A stretch of DNA of 64,000 nucleotides from Phoronis australis. Its lineage: Eukaryota > Animalia > Phoronida. The notes below the pieces were generated by a model that saw nothing but the letters and a program-made list of their open reading frames with translations, was not told the origin of the DNA and searched no databases. Below, in pieces: positions 12,201 through 24,200 of this stretch; positions within the stretch are counted from its first letter, which is position 1; the number at the start of each line of letters is the position of its first letter. Where the stretch lies: NCBI GenBank assembly GCA_002633005.1, contig NMRA01000119.1, positions 248,001-312,000 of the forward strand. The letters are read 5' to 3'. Made by a program: the position numbers and the translations under genes.

Positions 12201-15200
12201 TCATTTGGATGTTGTTGTTACCATAGTTACGTTGTTTTTTTTTCTGCAGTAATGACACATTATAACAATTCTTTTGTTAAAGGTGTACTCCCAAGGTTCC
12301 AATTTAAAAAATTGTGATTTGGAAAGTTATGTAACTGGCCAACAAAGTTAATCTTTTCAACACAACAGCTGTATAGCGACATGATCTTGGAACCGATTTT
12401 CTTGACTTGAAACAAACCTATGACATCACTCCCAGGCAACCTACTCTTCCTAACACTACATGACAGACCTGGGACCACGGTCTAACCTTTGTACTCGGAA
12501 TCTGAAGATTTTTTGTTGGAATATTCTGTTATAATTAACCACGAACTGAAGACAAATGTCTGTTGTTCTGTGCGAAATTGCATTATGGTTTATGTGGACG
12601 ATTGTCTAATCCTTTTTTGCACTTGATAACTCCAGCATATAGATAAAAGGATAGAGTTTGAACTCAAAATCTCAAGTTTGTAGCTGGAATCCAGGGGTCG
12701 TCAGCTGCGAATTTAGACTAGAATCTCGTCTGCAAAAACAATAATGTACTCAAGCAAAGAATATTAGACACTTGTCTTTATTATTCTTTGCTTGAGCACA
12801 TTATCGTTTTTGCAGACGTGATTCTAGTCCCGAGTCGACACTTGTCTGGAGTTTGTACAAAAGTAGAAAAGTGGAAGATGTGAAAACTAATTTTGATTTC
12901 GAGTATGGAGATTAGAACCCACCAGATGTCTCTAGTGTTGATCAGCGAGGGTGTATCAAGTTGTCAGTTCGGGTCTAGAAATGACGTCAGCAGCTCATCT
13001 CGTTATTTACATGCTGAAGTCATGTTACCATAGAGATTTGCAAATTAGGGCAAAGTCTGGGAGAATGCCTTGGAGTTCAACATCTTTCACAAGCATGAGT
13101 TGGTGTAACACATGAGTGCATCCAGTTCTGGTCATCAGGGGGCGTGCATCATTCCTGTGCTGCTTCTTGCAACCTGGATTGCTGTGACTCATTGCCTGGA
13201 TCCACTCGTGAACGTTTTTGTTGCCGTTTGACTGATTTAGCAGCTGCAACGAGAATCATGTGGCACTGTCTTCTCAAATCGGCCATGTTTTGTGGTGCCG
13301 TGTGTGTTTGGCGCTTGAATAGCTTGTTTTGTGTAGTCATATGTCGCGAGTTGACTTAATTTTGCCATCTGATAAAGTACTACTTCTAAAAATTTTCTAC
13401 AATAAATGGATCAGTTTTTGAAATTATCTTATTTGGGACCACCATTTTCATGATAAGGTGTGGAAGACCTACTTTGTCTTGGTTGTCATGCAGTGTTGCC
13501 TTGAAAACCTTGTGCTCGGAAAAATTATCCTCATTCACATAGAATTCTCTTTACTGTTAGAATATCCTTTTGAAAGTTCACTATAATGTCACCATCAAAA
13601 TCTCAAAACGCATGCCTTGCCCTGCCCCCTCCCCCCAATACCGAATGCTTTGTGCATACTACCTAAGTGCCACATGGTTCTCTGTATTGATCATTACTTG
13701 CTTAAGAGTTTTCATTATTAACCATAAACTGTTTTAACTATGCTTTGCCTTCTTTCGTCTCCCTCAGTCCCTTCTACAATATCACTGCCAATCTCCATTT
13801 CCTGCCACAACTGGCTCAATGCCAAGTCCCTCCCTCAGCCCAGCAGCTCTGTCCCTCACAGCCTGCATGGTATCGTCTGTTCACCAATTCCCTCGAGTCT
13901 GCTGTATGGTAAGGCCCTCTATTGGTATCATGGGTCAATAATCAAGAGTCTTGTCTGTTCAAAAAGTTTTTGTTTCTTGTTTTTATTCATGAGTGAACAA
14001 TCTCGATTGATTGAATTGTAGTTTCTGCAGCAATGTATGGAGATAATGGCAAAGTTTTACACCTATCCGTGTTTTGGACATGTGTGTTACACCTGAATTT
14101 TGGAAATTAATTAAAGGAAATGACTGCTTACTGTAATGCATGGTATTTAGAATTCGTGAATAATTAAAATTATTAAATTAGTGGAGTTGATCAAAGTTTT
14201 TACTTGGGTTAATGTTGCCAAAATGTATTCAGAATATTGAATAGTGTTGAGTTTCTGTAGAAGTTGTAGTGGAGCCAATTTACAAATTTTGCAGTTGACT
14301 TGGGCTCTGTTTTGTTAGAACAATTTTCACCAATATTTTATCTGTTACAGGTGAGCATGTATGTTGTCTTTTTATAAATGAATATTTCTTCCATTGCGAT
14401 TTTGAAATTATCAAAATTGAATCTAAACTTGAGAATTGACGTGGTCATAACTAAGCGGGCACACATGCCTTGATTGATTCATTAAGTAAAAGGTAAAACC
14501 TTGTTAAGTACCTCAAAGTGATTGTAAGTTTGAAGACTGCTAAACTGTAGACATGAACGTAAAATGAGATTTACAATCAAATTCAGTGAGTTTCGCTAAT
14601 GCACTGTGTAACCAACCAACATTCTTGAATTTTCATTTGAATCAGAAGGCGTGTAGGTCCATTATTGCAGTGGTATGACATACCTGTCAGAAAAGTTAGC
14701 ATTTTGTAAGCATAGCATGTGTTACAGTCTGCCAACTGATTCATTATTATTACAGGCTTGGCTAGTCATACCAGGCTATTAAAGCTCTATAGAACCCTAG
14801 AAAAATGTCGAAATTTGGCTAATTGCGGAACATCACATGTCAGAAATGGCCGGTTGGATTCTTATGAAACTGTCAAATATATACGCTTTCTGCACTGTTC
14901 CCCAAAAGGCTGTCAGGAATTGTTTTTGAATTGTTTCACTTTTTCATGAAGGGCTATCAGAAAAAGTTGCATAATATGAAACGATGATTTAAAGAACTGT
15001 AACAGCTTTTTCAGATCTTTCCATGAAATTTGGTTGTATTACTGATACAATTGTTTTGCTATGAATGTATTTTTCTTTTTTGTTAAATTTTACTAAAAAG
15101 ACAGGGTCATGTGACCCAATTAATGACAAATTCGTACAAAAGTCAAGAATGAAATTCTTCATTCTTTTTATTTCAGGGCTTGGAATTTTCTTCTTTTAAG

Positions 15201-18200
15201 AGGATTTCCTCTTTTTTTGTTTCAATTTCCCCTTATTTGATTTCCAGTTTCTTCTTTTTTGGTCTCTTTTTATCATTATTTTGACTTTATTCATGCAAAA
15301 AAAATTATTTCAATTAAAGTTTACAACACAAAACATATTTCTATCACACAAGCCTAATTGTGGAACGATTCATCACCTGGATAATTTTCCTCTTTTTTGT
15401 CCTCTTTTTGTCACTGGTCGTTCGAAGCCCTGTTACTTTCAGAAAATACATACTTTTGCCGAGTTAAAATCAATACTTTTGTAGTTATTGGCTGAATTCA
15501 CGGCCTTCTTGATAACGCCCTACATATCCTTAACATATAATTATTCTGTCAAAGAGTTTTAAGGTTTTGTTACTCTCTGGATTCACCCGGTGTTTGTCAG
15601 AAGGTGGAATGTTTAAAATTATTGTATTTCACAATGTGGGCCCACGACTGTATATTTCATCTCACTTTTGATAGGTGACTCTAGACCAAGAACTTAGGCT
15701 CATTATTGGTTAAACAAAATTAACTTATTATAGTTAATACAAATAGTTGCAAGCATTTTAGTGCTTCCTGTTTCAAAATTCACAAGCAATCTGGGCCAAA
15801 GCTCCTGTATTTCACCAATTGGTTTTTTGCTCAAAGTCAAAACCAGTGTCTTGAGGCAAATGTGATTGTTAGCATGTGTCGTAGTGTCGTAACAGGCTGT
15901 GTCTTCGCTAATGTACGTTACGGGGTGGGAGGGGAAGTTAAGAGACTGTGGGTCATGCTCGTGTATGAGTGACACCATGACAAGTCGGTGCGATCTTGCC
16001 GTGTCTGTGTCCGTGAAGGGTCAATGAAGTGCCGTCACCACACAATAGTTGGCAACACATGATGACACTCGGCCTTGCTCGTTCCCTGTAATTATCTCCT
16101 CTGCAGCCCACAATTGTCATTCAACCGAGCCATGACACTTCCATGCACCAGCTCTGCTCACTCAGAGATTTCACTAGCAGTTGTTGCAATTTAATTTAGT
16201 TTTCTATTCAACGCATAAAGACTACCTCTCAAGTGTTTGTGTACAATTTCCAGCCGCTGTGCTTGGAACGTAGGGTGTTGAAGTTGTTCATTTACTGCGT
16301 TCAGTTTGTGGTTTTTTGTTGTTAGGTCTTTTATGTAATCCATCATACGGTAGCTACGCTTTGGCAGTTGTGAAATAATTAATACCTATCATCTTGTTAG
16401 TTCAGCTATGAAAACTATTTGGCAAATTTTTTTTAGAAAACATTCAAATGCAAGGAAGTGTCAGTGTGTTAATGAGAAAGGAACTTACTTGAGAATTTAA
16501 TCTCATCCGGCTTTTCTCTTTTAAACTTTATCTTTTCGTGTTGTTGACACAGTAATTCCTCTGTTATATCATACCAAAATAACGGCCTAAGTTATTTGAT
16601 TTTCCAACAAAATAACAGCCTAAGTTATTTGATTTTCCAACAAAATAACAGCCTAAGTTATTTCATTTTCCAACAAAATAACAGCCTAAGTTATTTCATT
16701 TTCCAACAAAATAACAGCCTAAGTTATTTCATTTTCCAACAAAATAACAGCCTAAGTTATTTCATTTTCCAACAAAATAACAGCCTAAGTTATTTCATTT
16801 TCCAANCACCAGCTCTGCTCACTCAGAGATTTCACTAGCAGTTGTTGCAATTTAATTTAGTTTTCTATTCAACGCATAAAGACTACCTCTCAAGTGTTTG
16901 TGTACAATTTCCAGCCGCTGTGCTTGGAACGTAGGGTGTTGAAGTTGTTCATTTACTGCGTTCAGTTTGTGGTTTTTTGTTGTTAGGTCTTTTATGTAAT
17001 CCGTCGTACAGTAGCTACGCTTTGGCAGTTGTGAAATAATTAATACCTATCCTCTTGTTAGTTCAGCTATGAAAACTATTTGGCATAATTTTTTTAGAAA
17101 ACATTCAAGTGCAAGGAAGTGTCTGTGTTAATGAGAAAGGAACTTACTTGAGAATTTAATCTCATCCGGCTTTTCTTTTTTAAACTTTATCTTTTCGTGT
17201 TGTTGACACAGTAATTCCTCTGTTATATCATACCAAAATAACGGCCTAAGTTATTTCATTTTCCAACAAAATAACAGCCTAAGTTATTTATTTTCCAACA
17301 AAATAACAGCCTAAGTTGTTTCATTTTCCAACAAAATAACAGCCTAAGTTATTTCATTTTCCAACAAAATAACAGCCTCAGTTATTTCATTTTCCAACAA
17401 AATAACAGCCTAAGTTATTTCATTTTCCAAGGCTGGTTATCTTGCAATAAATAACCAAGCTTTCATGACCACTGTACTCTAAATATCATGCTAACAAAAA
17501 TGTCTTGCTCTTTTTATTTTTGATGAGAAACTGGATATAATATTGCTCTTTACCACGTCGCTGTGTCCTTATCAGGTAAAGGAACTGCCTTATTCATTAA
17601 ATCAATCCGATTACTTGACGTGAAGAGAATTGTGCTGAAGATGCAGTTTGCCCCGTTTCCCTGGCAATGTTAAGTTCTTACCCAAAGCACTTTGAGGTAT
17701 TAAAACATTACCACTCTTATCTGACCCTAATGAACTCTGAAGCTTTTTTGAGTTGCTGGTGGTTTTGGTATTCTTGTTAGGAACAAATAGAATCCAGTAT
17801 ATACAGTCCACCAACTCCTTACACATACATTGAACACGTGTTCACTTTGACGCTATACAGTCAGCCTGCTCACAATTCAACATTTAATACAGACGATTTA
17901 CGCTTTTCAGCAAAAAAACTAGAGCTTTGCAACATCTCTTGTTGCGGTTACATCTCTTGACTGCATAATTTTCTGAAAGATATCCGAACAATTCTCAAAG
18001 GAGACAGTTGGAATTCCAAAACTAATTGTAAGGTCCGTGTATTGGGGACAAACGAGTAAAAAGTGGTACTCATTTTCAATTTCTCCCCTTTCACAGCATG
18101 GACAAAGTCTATCTTCTCTAGGTATTCCAAAATATCAACCCAGCTCAGTCATCAGTGAGTGATTTGAGCACCGAAAATGTGCCGATGCAGACCTCAAATA

Positions 18201-21200
18201 CATATTTTATGCATCCAGTACATAATTTTCTAGTGTCAGATTTAATTTAAACAGTTCATATGTACATTTGATTTTCTATATCTATACTACGCTGTCGAAA
18301 TTACCTAAAAATCCAAGCTTGTCACCCACACCTTGTGAATACCAAACAATGCCATATCTGTATACGTATAATATTTTTTTCTCTTCCAGAGCCCAACAGT
18401 CTCTGTTTTTCTTTGCCATTTCATACTGAACAGAATAGCACATTATACATATATATATCTATTTTCCTGCATTATGAATCTTATTATGGTAAGGAATATG
18501 AGACGGAATTTTATGAGAATAAATGGAGTTTTTGTTTTTAGCCACCTAAACAGTGCCAAACACAGCTTTAACTGGTTGGATTTCATGTACGTTTATATTT
18601 ACCAGCCATAAAAACCACCATGTCTTAATTAGCCATCATTTGATTCTTAATTCTGCCATTCACTCTTTAGGTGTATTCCACAATTTCGTATAATGTTAAA
18701 TCCAATTTAGTTTCATTCAATTTTTTTCTATTTTGTGTTTTTTCTTACATATTTCTCTTCAGTTGCGTACACTTTCATGTCCTTATGGTAAATTTTACCA
18801 CTATGCATGTGTGTGTGTGTTTGTGCTATTTTTTAATCACTAATGAATGATTCTTGCAGGCACGGCATGGGTGGTGGAAGCAGCCAAGGGGGACAGTATG
18901 GGAACGTTCCCCCACCTCAGTCACTCGCGGGGACCTATGGAGGTGAGTGAACTTGAAAGATTTGTCATGTACTATTGGCCCAGAAACGTGGCATCAACAA
19001 AACTGAAAGTATTTGAACGACTGACATCTGTTGTCCACTCTGTGAGTTATCCCAGGACAAGTCTCTTCTGAGTTGTTGCTTTGTTTAGCAGTGTAGGACA
19101 CGACTGGACACGCGCGTGACAACTTACCCCACCTTACCGAGGTAGGGTACCTTGCCCCAGTGCATGTCATAGTGTGGATGCATATCTTTGTACTCGAAAC
19201 GAACTCGAAACTATTTTTGGCAATTTCTCTGCTCCTTTTGTGTGAACTTAAGATAATTGGTTATCAGACTGTGCTCGAATACATTATAGTTTATGCATAG
19301 GAGTTTCTAGTTCAAGTTTGCCCTTGAAGACCCTTATATTTGTGCTACAAACTCTAGTAAAAACTCGAAATTTCGAGTTCAAACTCGAACTTATTGCTTT
19401 AATATTGGGTTTAAAAACTGTGAACTAAGGGCAATAAATTATCTAAGTAAGTTATTGTGTACTCGAGCATAGAATAATAGACACTTATCTTGAGTTCGCC
19501 CAAAAGGAGAGTAGAAAATGCCAAACCTAATTTCGAGTTCCATTTCGAGTAAAAAGATTGGAGACCGGGCCCTGCAGACGAGACGGAAGCAATATTAGCA
19601 GTTGTGCTCTTGTTCAGCGGCACACATAGAGATGTCATTTTTTTACCACACAGTATGGCTGACGAGTGAAATTCTATTTTGTCAAGTTTATCCACAAAAA
19701 TAAAGATTAAGAAGATTTTAGTCCACTCCTAGGGTAGTTTGCACTGTGTTAATTCAAAAGTACCGTACATTTAGCAAGTTTTCCCTTATTTGTTGCAAAG
19801 CGATGTGTTGAAAGTTAGAAAAATGATAGTTTTGTGCAAAATAAATGGAGAATTGCCACAATCTTTGCGCCATATTTGTCACATGGTGTAGAATGTATAG
19901 TGTGGACGCTTGGCTGAACGGGGGTAAGTTGTTCTAGGGCAACTCATAGTGTGTTCATACATGCTCATTGTTTTGTTTTTGTGTTTCTTGACATAGATAT
20001 CTAATTCTTGCTAAATAGACACACGCTCAAAATTGTATATTCGTCACTCCACCAAGAGCAAAATAGAGTGTTTCTGATCTGTATTTTGTTCGCATAGTTC
20101 GTTGTGTGTTAAAGCTGTAATATCTACGTTGGCTTTTTGAGTTTCAACGCAGTTTATGGGATGTAACATTAGAAATGAAAAGTGGCTTCAGAAATGTTGT
20201 GTTTTGTTCGGTGTTCTGCTCAATTAGTGTCGGTCTGTATGACATCTTGTTGAACTGGAGTGTTGCACAGACAACGATGACAGCGCAGCTAACAGTTTTG
20301 ATTTATTTATGAAAATAAGTGTTATAACTGAATAGGGCATTAAACAGCGTTGGTACGCCCAAGTTGATGTGATCATGGTCAGAAGTAAGATTCATTGGTT
20401 CCTTTAATCATTTGCTACTGGCCAGGTATCACTGGGGGTTTTGGCTTGCATGATGCACTGTTTGCCCATCCAATAAGTACACATTATGTAGTTAACACTT
20501 TACCAAGTATTGTCCTCAGCACCTCTTAGTCAGTTAATCTAATTTTTTGATTTTCAGCAAATATAAGTGTAGCAATTGTGGCCGTTGCCACCTCTCAGAA
20601 ACGGTAGTGTCTCAACATCCCACCAACGAGTGTCTCCATCTAGCACTCATTCACTGAACTGATCCATTTCCAGTGGCATTGCCTTTGGCGTATGAATTTA
20701 CTAGCTCGTGAATTTTATCGTCTTGAGTTCAATCTTCCCTGGCTCAGAATTTAAATGTTTTCTGAGTGAGGTTCAGGTTGTTAGCAGTCAGTAGCGAGTG
20801 GTCCAATTCAAATGTTGGCGTTTTGAATATCGAAAATCTCTGTAGGTGGGTGCTTTGAGTCTTAAGAGGAGTATGATGTGCTTCTCTTGTTGTGACTACA
20901 GGAAATCATTTAAGTGGTAACTGGATGTGGTATTTCGACATAACTGTTAGCTTTTCTAAAACATTACCCAATGCTTGGTCACCAGGAAAACGCCGCACCT
21001 AGCAAACTATTGAAACGTTTTGTCCTCAGTCTAGTGAATGTATACAATCAATAAAATTGACAATTCCTCCGCAGTGCTTGTGCGCTTAGTTTTGTTTCGG
21101 GCGCGAGATGTGCTGTTGATTCTTGCGTTGTGTGTGTTTTTATGAATGGCCACTCGACTTTTAGCTGTACTGAAAGGTAGACAGCAAAATTGATATTTGT

Positions 21201-24200
21201 GTGTACTTTCCTACAGGCAGGCAGCAAGATAATAGCTGAAGGCAGATGATACTGGGTTTGTTTTGTAACACAATACATCCGTGTCTGATTCCCTGCTGAA
21301 CATTTGAAAATGAAGGAAGATGGCTTTAAATTCGCTTTGTTTAAGCTATTATTTCTAGTTTCATCTGCAGTTTAGAATTCAATTCATCCTTTCAATGAGT
21401 TTGTTGAGAGCTAATAATTTTGATTTAAATATGATGTGATATTTACGTTTGCCTAAGGCTGGTGTTTGTATGGTTATCCATCTATATTTTCTGTCTGATT
21501 TTATGGTGTGGGTTGAATTGAATTAGTTCATAATGGAGACTATTAAAGTGATGATGTTAGTTCTGTATCCGTAGTCATCCAGCTTTTATTTGCTCTTGTT
21601 TACATATTCCTTCGAGATCATGGTATTGAAAGACCGTAATTTTTCTCTTGTTTGGCTCACAACATGGCCGACAAGGGAAATTCTATTTTGTCAACTTTCT
21701 CCACAAAAATGAAAATTAAAAAAAGTTTATTCTATAACTATCATGGTTTTTACTTCGTAGATGTGATTAAACAACATTTGCTAAAGTTTTTATTATTTGT
21801 TGTAAAATAATCATCAGCTTTTTAAAAATGAAAAATGACAATTATTTTTGTCCGGAATTAGTGGACAGTTGCCTTACTGTCGATTGTTTCTTAGTCAATT
21901 TATCGAACACACCAGCAGTACATTTACTATTTACCAACGTTATAGAAGCCAGTGTTCCATTTGTGGTTCGGCAAATATTCCTCCCGTTTCTGTCCCACTT
22001 GACATTTCATTGTCGCGAATTTAATGTCACACTAAGCCCATTGTGGTGGCTATTTGCAAAACAGAATATCTAATATTTGCACACAGAGCGTTGGCCAGGC
22101 CGCCTGCTGCCTGCCTTGCCAATCGTTTGGCTGGTGCTCTCCTGGCGCTCTCGACAGTATGGGCCATTCACAAAGTGTGTTCAAACAGAGGCCTTGAAAA
22201 TTTGTTTGTACATACCGGCCCATCAGTTCTCACCTTGTTTATTCTACAACCCTTGAAAGAACTTTTTGTCACATAATCATTTAGGTTGACATATTTTCCC
22301 TGGCATTCAGATGCATATTTGCAGCCGTCTGCTTCACAGGTGTTCGGTAGACATTTGAAACTATAGCGAAATGTCTAAATGTTGGATAACAAAGCTGGTT
22401 TCCTTGCCTATGATCATAGATAAGCTAATTATGCTAATAACTTTATAATTTTTTGGGCGGTTTCTAAAGTGGGGTTTAAAAACATGTAAATGTTTTGCGT
22501 TTTAGAACTCTGTACTTGTGGTGAAAGCATTTTATTATAGTGATGAAAATTCTGCTAAAATTGATTACAATTTTGATATGGGACAAATTTTTCTAATCAA
22601 CGTATAAACAAGGTGTTGGAGTCATAAAGATGTATTCTTTTTTAAAACTTGTTCACTTTTTCACTTCTTGTTTTTTCCATTGTGTCTCACTGTTTTAGAA
22701 TGAATCCTGAAAGCATCTTCTCTTGTCTGTCCTTGCGCTTGGTCTGCTATTCACTCATCTGCTATTCACTCATCTGCTATTCGCATATCGTCTGCTGTTC
22801 GCATATCGTCTGCTGTTCGCATATCGTCTGCTGTTCGCATATCGTCTGCTATTCACACATCGTCTGCTATTAACACTTTGTGGGGATTGTTGTTCATCTT
22901 GACCTGGATGAATAATTACTATTCGTGTAAGTTTTGGCGCCGCCATCGTGTTTCCCATCGTCAGGCAGTGGTCCTTTGCTACGATGCAGCGTATCACACT
23001 GCCTCCCACGTCTGCCAAACGTCCATTTATCTTCGCCTTTTTGTTTCTAGCAAAGAACCATGTCTCGTAAATGCGTGTTCTCCATGATAATTTATCAGTG
23101 CTGAGTTGCAATACTACATCGAGTGTTTGAATTGATATCAAAAAACCACTCTCAACCGTTTATCAGAAGCCTGATAACTGGCTTACACTTGTTGATTGCC
23201 GTTAGCAGACGTATCGTTAGCAGACGTATCAAAACGATTTCACTCTGCTCCTGCTGCTGCCAATTCAAAAGCTATTGAAAATTGGCACGTTATGATAGGT
23301 TGGACAAAATGCCTTCTGTTGATTTTCTCAATTAAATTGTGTTCTATGAAGAGGATTAACAAGGTCTTTCATTATATTTAGTTTGAAGTTAGGTGATTTT
23401 CAATTTTTCAGCGAGGCAACAGCTTTAAATGAGAAAATTATATGAAATCCTAACAATTTCTTATTTCTGCACTATGTCTTTCACTTTACAATGGTTGATT
23501 GTTTGACGATTATTCAAATCATGGTTATTAAGCTTATGTTAGCCCTTGGATTATTTTTAAAAAATAACCAAAGGATTTTTCCAAAAATTAACTGAATCAT
23601 TTGAGGGACTGCTCCCAATTATTGCCATTTTCATGAGCGTACAAACCTTAGGCATTTCCTGACCCCCTCCCTCCCCCCNCCCCCCCTCCCTACCCCCAAA
23701 TGTGTACAAAATGGCGTTGTTTTCCTAGGTCTATGTTTTTATATTTTGTTGAATTGCAAACATCCTCCAAAATTAAGTGCCAGTGTTGGTTTGTACAGTG
23801 ACGTATATTTTCAAACAATTCTTTGTGTATTTTTGTTTTTGCCTGTTTGGATCTTGGCGACATTTCTGCAATTAGTTGTCTCGTCACGTTTTAGAATGTG
23901 AAAAGGTAATTGAAACATTGATTTCTGTTATTTTACATTCCCGTTTTTATTTTGTCAAAAGCGTACGCTAGCAGCAAACCCCGAACCCCTCCCCTGCAAA
24001 AAATGTGCGGATTGTGTGCTTGTGAAAATTGTAGTTATTGGTTCGTAAGATAATGGTTAAAGGTAAAAGTGATCATGTCTGCTCGGAAGATTAGATGTGG
24101 GGTTGTTATTTTTGGTGACCTAATTGGGAGGTTTCTACCCAAGACGGGTCAAGTTAACTGATGATAAAAACGTGATTAATCAAAAACGTTGTCAAACTGA

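Noticed and set aside
16596-16838. ORF with [11 protein letters not shown] repeats
   Set aside because: Translation of a 33-bp minisatellite crossing an N junction.
19656-21800. Two similar segments (atggcygac..gaaattctattttgtcaa..tccacaaaaat) at about 19656 and 21664 as conserved enhancers
   Set aside because: More simply fragments of another dispersed repeat family.
22649-23141. Overlapping ORFs with CCSHIV / YANSRR repeats
   Set aside because: Products of the 18-bp minisatellite; no splice or homology support.
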